DNA of 64,000 nucleotides from Bacillales bacterium (GTDB taxonomy: Bacteria > Bacillota_I > Bacilli_A > RF39 > UBA660). Location of the stretch: assembly GCA_016288795.1 (NCBI GenBank), contig JAEELI010000005.1, positions 268 to 64,267 of the forward strand, in the 5' to 3' direction. Below are positions 9,250 to 20,355 of the stretch, piece after piece (position 1 is the stretch's first letter; the number at the start of each line of letters is the position of its first letter). The translations under genes and the position numbers were made by a program. The notes under the pieces are model-generated. The model saw only the letters and a program-made list of their open reading frames with translations, was not told the DNA's origin and made no database searches.

Positions 9250-10318
9250 TCTCCTTTATGTATTTATATATTAAGTCACTACTTGATACGCTCTTTCTTT
9301 TATTTAAATTATCTTTTAATTCTTGATATAAAGGACTATTGTTAAGTAAATCATTAACGTCATCAAAAAGTTTTTTGGAATCCAATTCATTTTCTTCAAT
9401 CATCAAAGCCATCTTTTCTTCACCAATTTCTTTAGCATTATAATATTGATGATTATTACTTACATTTGGACTAGGTATCAAGATGGCCGGAGTTTTTGAC
9501 GCTAATAATTCTGAAATTGTTCCTGCTCCTGCTCTTGATATAACTAAGTCACATGAAGAAAACAAAGAAGAAAGATTTTCTAAATAAGGTATAACCTTTA
9601 TATTAGAGGCAAAGTCATTATTCTTAATTTCTTCATAATTACCTTTACCAGTAATAAATACTACTTCATAATCTTTATTTCCAGAAAGTTTTAAAAATTC
9701 GATTAATTTACTATTAAGACCACTACTACCTAAAGACCCAGAAGTAATTAAAACCAATTTTTTATCTTTAGATAACCCCAAACTTTCTTTTTTCATTGGT
9801 TTTAAATTAACCACATTATCTCCCGAAGGATTACCAGTATATTTTATAGGAATTCCCTTGGCAAAATAGTTTGAACTTATTTTAAAGGAAGTAAATACTG
9901 AACTAACTCCTCTACTTAAGAATTTATTAGTTTTCCCAGGAATACTATTTTGCTCATGAATAACACTTTTTATCTTTAATGAACGAGCAGCCATAATAAC
10001 GGGTAATGTAACATAACCACCAACACCTACTACTATATCCGGTTTAAATTCTTGCATAATTTTTTTGGCATCATTAAAGGCTTTAATTACATAATAAACA
10101 TTACATATATCTTGACCTATTTTAGATTTGCTAAAGCCATATATTTTTAGACTCTTATAAGGAATTTTTTCCTTAGGAACAATGTCATTTTCCATTCTAT
10201 TATGAGTTCCAATATATAATACTTCGAAATCTTTTTCTTCTTTTTGAAATTTTTTGACTATAGCTAAAGCTGGATATATATGACCACCAGTTCCCCCAGC
10301 AGAAATAATCATCTTCAT
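9233..10318 (-). CDS. murG: undecaprenyldiphospho-muramoylpentapeptide beta-N-acetylglucosaminyltransferase
   Basis: IISAGGTGGHIYPALAI is the G-loop of MurG. The start is probably an internal ATG (M4 or M6 of the ORF). Confidence 0.85.
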   Translation of the reverse strand: MKMIISAGGTGGHIYPALAIVKKFQKEEKDFEVLYIGTHNRMENDIVPKEKIPYKSLKIYGFSKSKIGQDICNVYYVIKAFNDAKKIMQEFKPDIVVGVGGYVTLPVIMAARSLKIKSVIHEQNSIPGKTNKFLSRGVSSVFTSFKISSNYFAKGIPIKYTGNPSGDNVVNLKPMKKESLGLSKDKKLVLITSGSLGSSGLNSKLIEFLKLSGNKDYEVVFITGKGNYEEIKNNDFASNIKVIPYLENLSSLFSSCDLVISRAGAGTISELLASKTPAILIPSPNVSNNHQYYNAKEIGEEKMALMIEENELDSKKLFDDVNDLLNNSPLYQELKDNLNKRKSVSSSDLIYKYIKEIVKND

Positions 10319-10348
10319 CGAGATCACCTATTTAAATTATACAATATT

Positions 10349-11236
10349 TTATTTAGAATTAGTAGTTAATTTTAAATGCAATTTAAAATCTATGTCTAGA
10401 GGATTAGCCGTAATTTCAATATTATCTTGATTTTGAAGATAATTACTTAATTGGATAAAAAACTCATTAACATTTACACATAGCTTCTTTTCCCCCATAG
10501 ATATTTTCTTTTCTCTTTGCAAATCGCTATTTGAACTATAAAAAGATTTAATAATTAAACTATTCCATCTTGTTATTAAAAAACTAGGAATCTCTACATT
10601 TTTTATACCTCTAGTAGTTAAATAATTTAAGATTGAATTAACTATATTATCATCTTTTATATGAGATTCGCTCATTGAATTAATACTATAAATATTTATA
10701 CTATTATTATCTATTCCAACACTTATATTAGCTATAGGAATAATCATATGATTGTAATTTAATTCTATTAATAAATTATATGGACTTTTATCTGTAACAC
10801 TATTCTTTGTTAATCTCATGATTATTCCTTGTTCTTTACTTATTACTCCATGGTTATATGTATTCCAATTATCTAGATAATTAATTTGTTTTTTTAAAAA
10901 AGGAATAGGATTTGCAAAATCATCAAATGTAGCATTACTCCACAATACAGTCATAATAAATTTTTCTTTAAGAATGTTTTCATTAGGATAATTTTCTTCA
11001 TCATAAAAAAGTAATGCTTTACTCACATACTCTTCTAATAAACTATTAAATAATTCTTTATTATCAATTATCAATGTTGGAATTATAACGTCTTCATATT
11101 CAACTTTAGATTCTATTTTAATATTGTCTTCTAATATAAGAGTGTTAAATATTATGTTATACGGTGCATATAAATGCACTCTTCCACAAGATGCCTCTTT
11201 TAGAATGCCATTATAGAAAATACTTAATTTATCCAT
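10349..11236 (-). CDS. hypothetical protein (295 aa, no TM)
   Basis: Long ORF with uniform codon usage and no recognisable motif. It is inserted between mtaB and murG. Confidence 0.45.
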   Translation of the reverse strand: MDKLSIFYNGILKEASCGRVHLYAPYNIIFNTLILEDNIKIESKVEYEDVIIPTLIIDNKELFNSLLEEYVSKALLFYDEENYPNENILKEKFIMTVLWSNATFDDFANPIPFLKKQINYLDNWNTYNHGVISKEQGIIMRLTKNSVTDKSPYNLLIELNYNHMIIPIANISVGIDNNSINIYSINSMSESHIKDDNIVNSILNYLTTRGIKNVEIPSFLITRWNSLIIKSFYSSNSDLQREKKISMGEKKLCVNVNEFFIQLSNYLQNQDNIEITANPLDIDFKLHLKLTTNSK

Positions 11237-11261
11237 AATTATCCCCCTACAATTTATTATA

Positions 11262-11663
11262 TCATATTTTTTTCCTACGAAATATTACGCTAAAAATAAT
11301 TATTATTGACAGAAATACTCCAATAGAAAGGAATTGAATGTTTAAAATATTAGGATTATTATCCGAAAGTATTTCCAAAGATTTTTTGTAATTTTCAATA
11401 CCACTAGTTGCATTAGACATTTCTCTACTTACATAAAAAGTATATGTGTTACTCAAATTATTACTATTAAACACTTCAATACTAACTACACCGTTTTCAT
11501 TAGATAGGAAATTATCTCTTATATTAATAAAACATTCATCACAAATATGATATACAAAATCTAGATGATCAACACTTTCATCAACTTTTACTGTATATTC
11601 ATATGTAAGTTCATTGTATTCAAGTTCTAAATTACCATTCAATATTTCTAAATCTAATAACAT
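11262..11663 (-). CDS. hypothetical protein with a C-terminal TM anchor (133 aa)
   Basis: C-terminal IQFLSIGVFLSIIIIFSVIFRRKKI is a tail anchor. The N-terminal domain has an H..CDEC motif. Confidence 0.4.
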   Translation of the reverse strand: MLLDLEILNGNLELEYNELTYEYTVKVDESVDHLDFVYHICDECFINIRDNFLSNENGVVSIEVFNSNNLSNTYTFYVSREMSNATSGIENYKKSLEILSDNNPNILNIQFLSIGVFLSIIIIFSVIFRRKKI

Positions 11664-11694
11664 ATAATCACATTATTAGTTTTATAAATATTTA

Positions 11695-12942
11695 TTATTT
11701 TATACTATTAGAATTATATATAACTTCATATATTTCATTTCTTTTTAATTCTTTAGGTATACATACTTTTAAATAATTAGAGGTGGTTCCAATGCTATGT
11801 CCATCCTTAACTTCTTCAATTAGAACAGATACTTTTTTATCTAAAAACATTAAACTATACTCTTTTTCAAGTTCATTTGATAATTCTAGTAATTTATGAA
11901 CACGATTAGTTTTTTCTTTCGATTGAACCTCTTTCATTCTGCTAGCTACAGTTCCATTTCTTTTTGAATATGGGAAAACATGAATTTTACTGAATTTAAT
12001 TTTCTTAGAAAATTCGTATGTTTCTAAGAAATCTTCAGAGCTTTCCTCTGGAAAGCCCACTATTATATCTGTAGTAATCGAAATATTAGGTCTAATAGTT
12101 CTAATTTGTTTTATTTTATTTTCAAAAAAATCTAAATCATATTTTCTATTCATTAATTTTAATATATGATTACTACCAGCTTGTAAAGGAATATGTAAAT
12201 GGTCACAGAATTTTGAATTATTCTTTAACATATCCATAAATTTATCATTTAATTCCGTAATTTCTACACTAGATAGTCGTATTCTATCTAACCCTTCTAT
12301 TTTTGTTAATTCGTTAATAACATCAACTAAGTCATGATTGTTATTCCCATAGGAGCCAGTGTGAATACCAGTTAAAACAATTTCTTTATGACCATTTTTA
12401 ACTAATTCATTTGCTTCTTCTATAATAAGATTAAAATCTTTACTACGACAGGCTCCTCTCATAAAAGGTATTATACAGTAAGCACAGAAATTATCACATC
12501 CATCTTGAATCTTAATAAATGCTCTACTATGATCGAAAGTTCTAATTTCCATATCTTCAAAAGATAAAACTCTATTAGAACAATAATACTCATATTTTTT
12601 ATGATTATTTATATAGTCTTTTAACATTTCAACTACTTTGGATTTATTAACGTTTCCTATCAATATATCTATGTTCATATTTTGAAAATCAGCAAAATTA
12701 TTTTGAACAGAACATCCCATAACTATCAAAATGCAATTAGGATTCTCTCTTCTTACCCTTCTAACAAACTTTTTAGACTTAGCATCGGCCATATTAGTTA
12801 CTGTGCAAGTATTAATAAGTATTATATCTGAATCTTGCATATTATCACTTAAAAGAAAGCCATTACTTATTAATGACTCTTTTATATAATTTGATTCATA
12901 AGTATTTACTTTACATCCAAAAGTTTCAATGTAAAATTTCAT
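11695..12942 (-). CDS. mtaB: radical-SAM methylthiotransferase, MtaB/YqeV-like (tRNA ms2t6A)
   Basis: N-terminal MTTase domain FYIETFGCKVNTYES, a radical SAM CxxxCxxC cluster (CDNFCAYC) and a TRAM-like C-terminus. 415 aa. It lies downstream of dnaJ, as yqeV does in B. subtilis. Confidence 0.7.
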   Translation of the reverse strand: MKFYIETFGCKVNTYESNYIKESLISNGFLLSDNMQDSDIILINTCTVTNMADAKSKKFVRRVRRENPNCILIVMGCSVQNNFADFQNMNIDILIGNVNKSKVVEMLKDYINNHKKYEYYCSNRVLSFEDMEIRTFDHSRAFIKIQDGCDNFCAYCIIPFMRGACRSKDFNLIIEEANELVKNGHKEIVLTGIHTGSYGNNNHDLVDVINELTKIEGLDRIRLSSVEITELNDKFMDMLKNNSKFCDHLHIPLQAGSNHILKLMNRKYDLDFFENKIKQIRTIRPNISITTDIIVGFPEESSEDFLETYEFSKKIKFSKIHVFPYSKRNGTVASRMKEVQSKEKTNRVHKLLELSNELEKEYSLMFLDKKVSVLIEEVKDGHSIGTTSNYLKVCIPKELKRNEIYEVIYNSNSIK

Positions 12943-12952
12943 AAAACCACCC

Positions 12953-13573
12953 TTAATTTAATAAACTATTCAGTTCTTTTAACGCTTTTAAAAATTCTTC
13001 CTCTTTTTGATAACTAATAACCTTAGCATTACTACTAGGATATTCTTCTCCAGTTTTATTTTCTAAATCATTCAAGTCAATTTTCTTAACTATTAAGTCA
13101 TCTATAACTTCTTCTTTTTCATAATTTATTGCATACTTATTCTTTTTATTAAGAAGTTCATCATAACTAATGATTGCCTTCTCTTCTTGATCTTTTTCGT
13201 ATTCAGTAAATGTTATTCTTTCATTATCTTCATTATTTTTAATCTTTTCTTCTAAGGACTTTAAGTCTAGAAGCGGAGCTTCTTCATCATCATATTTCTC
13301 TTCTGTATTTTCAGTCATTTCACTAACTATAGGACTATTATCCTCAGGAATTATTTTTATTAGACTATCTTCTTTCTTTTCGTTTTTCAAAGGTTTATCT
13401 GGAAACAGATCTCGTTCACCTAAAACATCATTATTAATCTTTATAAAGTATATTAAAGTAATTATTAAAATCATTAAAATAACTACAGCCACTAAAAAAA
13501 CTAAATCAACTACACTTAAGTATTTGAAAAAAACTACAACATCATTAAAGAAATTCATACTAGTAATAGCCAT
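12953..13573 (-). CDS. hypothetical membrane-anchored acidic protein
   Basis: Two N-terminal hydrophobic segments followed by a Glu/Asp/Lys-rich region. The first two in-frame codons are GTG; an ATG at 13573 follows a GGTGA RBS. Confidence 0.45.
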   Translation of the reverse strand: MAITSMNFFNDVVVFFKYLSVVDLVFLVAVVILMILIITLIYFIKINNDVLGERDLFPDKPLKNEKKEDSLIKIIPEDNSPIVSEMTENTEEKYDDEEAPLLDLKSLEEKIKNNEDNERITFTEYEKDQEEKAIISYDELLNKKNKYAINYEKEEVIDDLIVKKIDLNDLENKTGEEYPSSNAKVISYQKEEEFLKALKELNSLLN

Positions 13574-13595
13574 AATTATCACCACAATTGTATTT

Positions 13596-13675
13596 TAACA
13601 CTTATTGTAAACAAAAATAAGTCTCTAACACTTGCTTTACACTAATTGGTGCAAATGTTGACACTTATTATAACA
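13596..13675. repeat. three direct repeats T(A/G)ACACTT-N4-TA(A/C)AC spaced about 30-33 bp apart, in the leader/promoter region of gene 12953-13573
   Basis: taACACTTattgTAAACA at 13596-13613, taACACTTgcttTACACT at 13626-13643, and tgACACTTattaTAACAT at 13658-13675. The third copy overlaps a minus-strand extended -10 TGtTATAAT (13675-13667). Confidence 0.5.
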
Positions 13676-13704
13676 TGGCTACAGGTTATTAATCAACTAA
13701 TAAA

Positions 13705-14943
13705 CTATTCTACAATTGTCCAAGGATTATTTATAGTTCCATCCCCAGTCATTTCTATATTCTTCTTTAGATTTATAACCGGTCTAACTCCTCGATTTAA
13801 GTTACCTACTATATGGGTTTCCAAACTACCATCAGTATTAACCATGAACAATGTTAAACTACCTTCTGACCCACTATGTGCAGTCATAGTGACCCAAGGA
13901 TTTGCTAAATCACTATTATATAAATAAAATGCTTTATTACTATTTTTAGTATTGGCTCCAGCGAGAATAACTTCATCTATGCTTAGCAATCCAATTGCAC
14001 TTCTAACTTGAGTCCCAGCACAACTTAAAGCTGGAATATTATTAACTAGTATTCTTGTATTTGCGTGGAAAGTCCAATCCTCATCATGACCTATATCATT
14101 ACAAAACTTTGCGCTAGCTATATAATCTGTTAAATCACCTAAGTTATCATTTAACCATGACAACAAAAACGAATGTATATTGCTAGATTTATAGTCCATA
14201 TTTTTATTTTCATCTGTCCAATAACTAGCTATACTACTAGTCTCGCCATCAAGAATTAATCTAACTGAACCATCGCCATTAATTCTAACTATTCGCCATA
14301 GCATATCGCCAAAAGAGACATAATTATTTTCAACTTTACCCCGGAAATAATATGATGGCCCAACATCATCTACGTCCTTTATTAATCCTTCATCTTCGAA
14401 AGCCAAATCTATTCCAACTTTAGTTGTCGGAGCACTTTTAACTTTATTATTCTGTAATATAGTATCTGCAAATGTATTTAATTTCTCTTCAGTATTTCTT
14501 ATACCTAAAGTGCCCTTAATATTACTATCAGTATATACTTCTAAAGAATACGTTTTTGATTCAGATGCATCAATACTAAGATAATCAGTTAATATTTCAT
14601 CTGCAGGTTTTAAATCTCCTTCAGTAACTACAGTATTATTATATAGAAGTTTATAAGACCCCTTGCCTCTAACTTTGCTAAAAAGGAATCGATAATACTT
14701 AACACTATTATCACTATTTGTAATAGATATCTTTAGGGCTCTATTACTATTAAGATTGAAGCGTTTTCCATCTAAATAATTTATGGACAAATACCCATCT
14801 GCATCAATTGCTGAGTCGCCAAATACCGAATCCTTAAACTTGTAATATAATGAGCCCAAAACTACTGCTAAAGCCAAAACTAAAGCAATCATAAATAAAA
14901 TTATTTTATATATAAAACGCATTTTTAATTTAACTAACGTCAT
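13705..14943 (-). CDS. hypothetical secreted protein with an N-terminal signal-anchor (412 aa)
   Basis: N-terminal IYKIILFMIALVLALAVVLGSLYY is a TM segment. The ectodomain contains LWRIVRINGDGSVRLILDG. No family assignment. Confidence 0.55.
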   Translation of the reverse strand: MTLVKLKMRFIYKIILFMIALVLALAVVLGSLYYKFKDSVFGDSAIDADGYLSINYLDGKRFNLNSNRALKISITNSDNSVKYYRFLFSKVRGKGSYKLLYNNTVVTEGDLKPADEILTDYLSIDASESKTYSLEVYTDSNIKGTLGIRNTEEKLNTFADTILQNNKVKSAPTTKVGIDLAFEDEGLIKDVDDVGPSYYFRGKVENNYVSFGDMLWRIVRINGDGSVRLILDGETSSIASYWTDENKNMDYKSSNIHSFLLSWLNDNLGDLTDYIASAKFCNDIGHDEDWTFHANTRILVNNIPALSCAGTQVRSAIGLLSIDEVILAGANTKNSNKAFYLYNSDLANPWVTMTAHSGSEGSLTLFMVNTDGSLETHIVGNLNRGVRPVINLKKNIEMTGDGTINNPWTIVE

Positions 14944-14996
14944 ACTTTTTCTATCCTTACATTAATAATTATAATTTTAGGACTTTTTTAAGTCAA

Positions 14997-15018
14997 TAAA
15001 AAAGAGAAATAATTCTCT
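14997..15018 (-). terminator. weak terminator-like hairpin at the dnaJ stop
   Basis: AGAGAA-ataa-TTCTCT 6-bp stem overlapping the TAG stop, followed on the minus strand by TTTTTTATT. Confidence 0.3.
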
Positions 15019-16138
15019 ATTTTAATGCTTTTTTAAATTCTTTAAACTCGCTTTCTGATTCTAAATCTGTTTCTGAAAGTTCAGTAAGTAATTCTTTTTG
15101 TTTGCGATTTAACTTAGTAGGAATTATAACGTTTACTACTACATACATATCTCCATATGTTTTAGAATTAACGTCCTTTATTCCCTTTCCTTTCAATTTT
15201 AACTTAGTATAATTTTGAGTTCCAGGCTTTATTTCAATATATCCTGGTCCAGTTAGAGTCGGAATTTCTTTTTTACATCCTAGGATTGCTTCAGTAATAG
15301 TTACTGGAACTTCTAGATATATATCATTTTCATGACGTTCAAAAAACTTATGATCCTCCACTGTGAATTCTAAGTATATATCGCCATTTGGTCCTCCATT
15401 AACTCCAGCACCACCTTTTCCACTTAATCTCAATTGATGACCAGTATTAATACCTTCAGGTATAGTTACAGTTAACGTTTTATTCTTAGCGACTCTTCCT
15501 TCACCACGACATTTAGAACACATTTCTTTAAACATTTTACCAGTTCCATGACATATAGGACATGTCTTTTGGGTTTGCATCATTCCAAATAATGTTCTAG
15601 CTTCCTCTTTAACAAATCCTTGACCATTACAATTAGTACAAGTAGTTTCATTAAATCCACCTTTACCATGGCATTCATCGCACTCTTCGTTAACTTGAAC
15701 TTTTATATCTTTCTTACAACCATGGATAGCTTCTTCAAAAGTAAGTCTTATATGCATCAACAAATCATCACCACGACGAGCTTGATTTCTACTAGAAGTT
15801 CTTCCAAAACCTGAAGTAAATGAACCAAAACCACCAAAACCTCCACCAAATAAATTGGATAGAATATCGTCTAGATTAATATCTCCCATATCAAATCCTG
15901 CGCCTGCTTGGCCATCAAACGCTGCATGACCAAATTGGTCATATTGACTCCTTTTTTGAGGATCAGATAAGACAGAATAAGCCTCACCAATCTCTTTAAA
16001 TTTTTCGGCAGCTCCTTCTTCTTTATTTACATCAGGGTGATATTTTTTTGCTAAAACTCTAAATGCTCTTTTAATCTCTTCGTCAGTAGCATTTTTATTC
16101 ACTCCTAGCACTTCATAGTAATCTCTTTTATTATTCAT
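15017..16138 (-). CDS. dnaJ: chaperone DnaJ
   Basis: J-domain (DYYEVLGV...HPDVN), a Gly/Phe-rich linker, and four CxxCxGxG zinc-finger repeats. Confidence 0.9.
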   Translation of the reverse strand: MNNKRDYYEVLGVNKNATDEEIKRAFRVLAKKYHPDVNKEEGAAEKFKEIGEAYSVLSDPQKRSQYDQFGHAAFDGQAGAGFDMGDINLDDILSNLFGGGFGGFGSFTSGFGRTSSRNQARRGDDLLMHIRLTFEEAIHGCKKDIKVQVNEECDECHGKGGFNETTCTNCNGQGFVKEEARTLFGMMQTQKTCPICHGTGKMFKEMCSKCRGEGRVAKNKTLTVTIPEGINTGHQLRLSGKGGAGVNGGPNGDIYLEFTVEDHKFFERHENDIYLEVPVTITEAILGCKKEIPTLTGPGYIEIKPGTQNYTKLKLKGKGIKDVNSKTYGDMYVVVNVIIPTKLNRKQKELLTELSETDLESESEFKEFKKALK

Positions 16139-17933
16139 TTATATCACTTCCTTGTAGTGAATTATATTCATCAATTAATTCGTTCATAAATGCAATAGCA
16201 TCTTGCATTACCTTTGGGCTTTTCATATCTAAACCAGCAACTTTAAGAGAATCAATTGGAGTTTTACTAGAGCCTAAAGTTAAGAATTTTAAGTAATTAT
16301 CCCTAGCTAATACATTTCCATTATATATATCATTTGCTATCTTAACTGCTGCAGCAAATGCTGTAGAATATTGATATACATAAAAGTTCATATAAAAGTG
16401 TGGTATTCTTTCCCATTCATATTTTATTAAATCATCTACCACTACATTAGAACCATAATATAGTTTATTTAATTCTAAGTATTTATCACACATATTTTGG
16501 CTAGTTAAAACATTATTGGCTTCAGTCCATTCATGAATAAATAATTCAAATTCAGCAAACATAGTTTGACGGAAAATCGTAGATTTATATTTTTGTAATA
16601 AATCATCGATTATTTTGATTTTTTCTTCTTTATTAGAACTATTATCTAAAAGATAACGACATAATAATATTTCATTTACTTGACTAGCAACCTCAGCAAC
16701 GAAAATACTGTAATTGTAATCTTGATAGTTTTGATATTTACAAGCATAGTAATAATGCATTGCATGACCAAGTTCATGAGCTAATGTCGAAACATCATTT
16801 AATAAGCCTTCATATGACATTAAAACATAAGGGTGAACACTATAACAAGCTGTGCAATAAGCTCCCCCTCTTTTACCAATGTTTGCGCAAGAATCTATCC
16901 AACCTTCATCAAATGCTTTAGTAATATCTTTTTTATATGTATTTCCTAAAACACTTACTGCTTTCAAAATTACATCTTTCGCTTCTTCATAGTTCCATTT
17001 AGAATTCTCTTTAGATGGAATATCAGCATAAGTATCATATATATGCATTTCATCTAGTTTTAATAGTTTCTTTTTTAATCGCCAGTATTTATCTAAAACA
17101 GGTAAACTATCGTGAACTGATTCAATTAAGTTTGTATAAATATCTTTATCTATTTCATTAGCAAACAAGGCTCTATCTAAACTACTTGAATAACCTCTCA
17201 ATTTAGAAATAGCTACGTTTTTGTCCACTTCACTGCGAAGAGTTGTTGCTAATGTATTCTTATATTTTCCATATTCAGAATGAATATTTTCAAAAGCTTG
17301 TTTACGAACATCTCTATCTTCGCTTCGCAAATATACAGAATAATTACTTTCAGTTAATTCTTTTTCTTTACCATCTACTATAATACTTTTAAACTTAAAA
17401 TCACTATCAGTTAAAGCTCCCATTATTTCATCTGGTGAAGAAAACAATTTAGATAGAGATGATAAAATACTCTCTTCTTTATCACTTAAAGTATGTTTCT
17501 TCATTCTAAATATTTCTTTTAAACTTCTTTTATAAACTTTTAGTTCCGGAACTTCCTTAATATAGCCTTTTATTAATTCAAAAGAACCATTTAATAATTC
17601 TGGAACCATAAATGATGTAGCTTCTAAATACATAATATAAATATTTTTCGCTAAACCATATAATTCTTGATAATTGTTGTCTAAAGTATCAGCATCATTA
17701 TTGATATGAGCATAAATATATACTCTTTCCAACTTTTTAGATACTTTTGTATCTAATTCTAAAGCTTCATATAAAGTATTTGCACTTTCCAATAACTTAC
17801 CTTTATACTTTTTTATTTTTTTAATGGAACCCTCTAAAGATTTAATATCTTTTTTACATGCTTCATCACTAATATATAAATCTTTAGTCCTCCATTTGTA
17901 TTTTGAATCAAATTCACTTCTTTTCTTTGCCAT
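16131..17933 (-). CDS. pepF: oligoendopeptidase F (M3B family)
   Basis: HELGHAMH zinc-binding HExxH motif. 600 aa, typical of PepF. It overlaps the dnaJ start by 8 nt. Confidence 0.8.
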   Translation of the reverse strand: MAKKRSEFDSKYKWRTKDLYISDEACKKDIKSLEGSIKKIKKYKGKLLESANTLYEALELDTKVSKKLERVYIYAHINNDADTLDNNYQELYGLAKNIYIMYLEATSFMVPELLNGSFELIKGYIKEVPELKVYKRSLKEIFRMKKHTLSDKEESILSSLSKLFSSPDEIMGALTDSDFKFKSIIVDGKEKELTESNYSVYLRSEDRDVRKQAFENIHSEYGKYKNTLATTLRSEVDKNVAISKLRGYSSSLDRALFANEIDKDIYTNLIESVHDSLPVLDKYWRLKKKLLKLDEMHIYDTYADIPSKENSKWNYEEAKDVILKAVSVLGNTYKKDITKAFDEGWIDSCANIGKRGGAYCTACYSVHPYVLMSYEGLLNDVSTLAHELGHAMHYYYACKYQNYQDYNYSIFVAEVASQVNEILLCRYLLDNSSNKEEKIKIIDDLLQKYKSTIFRQTMFAEFELFIHEWTEANNVLTSQNMCDKYLELNKLYYGSNVVVDDLIKYEWERIPHFYMNFYVYQYSTAFAAAVKIANDIYNGNVLARDNYLKFLTLGSSKTPIDSLKVAGLDMKSPKVMQDAIAFMNELIDEYNSLQGSDINE

Positions 17934-17956
17934 AATAACCTTTCTTACTAAAAGTA

Positions 17957-17978
17957 AGGCTCTAGAGGACTAGAGCCT
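17957..17978 (-). terminator. strong hairpin between dnaK and pepF (intra-operon attenuator or terminator)
   Basis: AGGCTCTAG-agga-CTAGAGCCT perfect 9-bp GC-containing stem, followed on the minus strand by TACTTTTAGT (a weak U-tract). Confidence 0.55.
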
Positions 17979-17983
17979 AACAA

Positions 17984-19801
17984 TTATTTTTCTTCAAATT
18001 TTGCTTCTTCTACATTATCGTCTTTTTTATCTTCTTTAGCTGAAGATTCATTATCTTCATTTTCTGGTTTAACATTTTGATATACTTTAGCAGCTAAGTC
18101 CATTGCTACTTTAGATAATTCATCAGTTTTCTCTTTAATCTTATCTGTATCTTTTCCTTCTAATAATTCTTTTAATTCTTTAATCAATCCTTCAGCTTTT
18201 TCTTTATCAGCAGAATCAACTTTATCTCCAAGATCTTCTAGTGCTTTTTCAGTAGAGAAAATCATTGAATCAGCATTATTTCTTATTTCTGCTTCTTCCT
18301 TTCTCTTTTCATCTGCTTCTTTATTTGCTTCAGCTTCTTTCATCATCTTATCTATTTCTTCATCTGATAAGTTTGTAGATGATGTAATAGTAATTGATTG
18401 TTCTTTTCCAGTTCCTAAATCTTTAGCTTTAACATTAACAATACCATTGGCATCAATATCAAAAGTAACTTCAATTTGTGGAACTCCTCTTTTTGCTGGA
18501 GGTAAATTAGTTAATTGGAAATTGCCCAAGGTCTTATTATCAGTAGCCATTGGTCTTTCCCCTTGAAGAACATGAATATCTACAGCAGGTTGATTATCTG
18601 CAGCAGTTGAGAACACTTGACTCTTGCTTGTTGGAATTGTTGTATTTCTTGGAATTAAAACTGTCATTACATTACCTAAAGTTTCAATACCTAAAGATAA
18701 TGGAGTTACATCTAATAATACAATATCGTCTACTTCGCCAGTTAAAACTCCACCTTGAATTGCTGCGCCCATTGCAACAACTTCATCTGGGTTAACACCT
18801 TTATTTGGCTCTTGACCTAATTCTTTTTTGACTAATTCTTGAATATAAGGAATACGTGTTGAACCACCAACTAATATAACTTTATCAATATCTGATGCTT
18901 TTAATTTAGCATCCTTTAATGCTTTTCTAACAGGTTCTAGGGTTGAGTCAAATAAATCACGACATAAGTCTTCAAATTTTGCTTTAGATAAACTCATTTC
19001 CATATGTAATGGACCTTCATCACTTTGAGCAATAAATGGCAAACTAATTTGAGCATTAGTCATACCCGATAAATCTTTTTTAGCTTTTTCAGAAGCGTCC
19101 TTAACTCTTTGCATTGCCATCTTATCTTTAGATAAATCAACACCATGTTCCTTTTTAAATTCTGAAACTAGATAATCACTAATACGTTCATCAAAGTCAT
19201 CTCCACCTAAACGATTATTACCGCTTGTAGACTTAACTTCAAATACACCATCCCCTAATTCAAGAATAGATACATCGAATGTTCCTCCACCTAAGTCATA
19301 AACTAAAATAGTTTGTAGTTTATCTTGCTTATCTAATCCATACGCTAATGCTGCTGCGGTTGGTTCGTTGATAATTCTTTCAACTTCTAAACCAGCAATT
19401 TTACCTGCATTCTTAGTAGCTTGTCTTTCAGCATCGTTAAAATATGCAGGAACAGTAATAACTGCCTTTGTTACTTTTTCTCCCAAATAACTTTCTGCAT
19501 CTTTCTTTAACTTTCCTAAAATTTTTGCACTTATTTCTTCAGGTGTCCATTTCTTATCATTAGCTTCTACTTTTTCACTAGTTCCCATTTTTCTTTTAAT
19601 TGAAGAAATAGTATTTTTAACATTAGTTACAGCTTGTCTTTTCGCTGTTTCTCCTACTAACTCTTCATCGCCTTTAAAGGCTACTACTGATGGAGTTGTT
19701 CTATTTCCTTCACTATTTGGAATAACCTTAGGTTCTCCACCTTCTAAAACTGCAACACAACTATTTGTTGTTCCTAAATCAATACCTATAATTTTAGCCA
19801 T
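17984..19801 (-). CDS. dnaK: chaperone DnaK (Hsp70)
   Basis: [24 protein letters not shown] and an EEVD-like C-terminus. The start was moved to the ATG at 19801 because the GAGGAG RBS abuts the first ATG. Confidence 0.92.
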   Translation of the reverse strand: MAKIIGIDLGTTNSCVAVLEGGEPKVIPNSEGNRTTPSVVAFKGDEELVGETAKRQAVTNVKNTISSIKRKMGTSEKVEANDKKWTPEEISAKILGKLKKDAESYLGEKVTKAVITVPAYFNDAERQATKNAGKIAGLEVERIINEPTAAALAYGLDKQDKLQTILVYDLGGGTFDVSILELGDGVFEVKSTSGNNRLGGDDFDERISDYLVSEFKKEHGVDLSKDKMAMQRVKDASEKAKKDLSGMTNAQISLPFIAQSDEGPLHMEMSLSKAKFEDLCRDLFDSTLEPVRKALKDAKLKASDIDKVILVGGSTRIPYIQELVKKELGQEPNKGVNPDEVVAMGAAIQGGVLTGEVDDIVLLDVTPLSLGIETLGNVMTVLIPRNTTIPTSKSQVFSTAADNQPAVDIHVLQGERPMATDNKTLGNFQLTNLPPAKRGVPQIEVTFDIDANGIVNVKAKDLGTGKEQSITITSSTNLSDEEIDKMMKEAEANKEADEKRKEEAEIRNNADSMIFSTEKALEDLGDKVDSADKEKAEGLIKELKELLEGKDTDKIKEKTDELSKVAMDLAAKVYQNVKPENEDNESSAKEDKKDDNVEEAKFEEK

Positions 19802-19815
19802 TATAATCATCTCCT

Positions 19816-20355
19816 CTATTCATTTACTTTAACCATGGCTGGTCTAATTATTTTATCATTATATTTATAACCCTTTAATAAGACTGCAGTTACAATTCCA
19901 CTATCTAATCCCTCAACTTTTTCAGTCATAACGGCTTCCATTTCTTCAGGATTAAAAGGTTTATTTACACATTCTAATTCCGAAACCCCAATATTATTCA
20001 GACTATTCTTCAAATCATTATAGATTAGAATAAATCCTTCTAGATATTTAGATAATTCCTCGCTAAGATCTTTATTATCATTATTGATTGCTCTTTCAAA
20101 GTTATCTAAAACTCCTAGCATCTTTTTTATTAAAGCTTCCCCCTCATATCTATATATTTTAGATATTTCTTCATCATATCTTCTACGCATATTTTGCATT
20201 TCAGCTGTGACTCTTAGAAGCTTATCATTTAACTCTCTTTTTTCATCCTCTAATTTTTTTATTTCATCTTTATATTTATTGTTATCTTTCTTATGCTGAT
20301 TAATTTTATGATGTTTTTTGTTTTCATCCATTAAATTTTCAATATTCTCTTTCAT
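19816..20355 (-). CDS. grpE: nucleotide exchange factor GrpE
   Basis: 179 aa. Coiled-coil N-terminus and a C-terminal beta domain. It sits between hrcA and dnaK. Confidence 0.85.
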   Translation of the reverse strand: MKENIENLMDENKKHHKINQHKKDNNKYKDEIKKLEDEKRELNDKLLRVTAEMQNMRRRYDEEISKIYRYEGEALIKKMLGVLDNFERAINNDNKDLSEELSKYLEGFILIYNDLKNSLNNIGVSELECVNKPFNPEEMEAVMTEKVEGLDSGIVTAVLLKGYKYNDKIIRPAMVKVNE

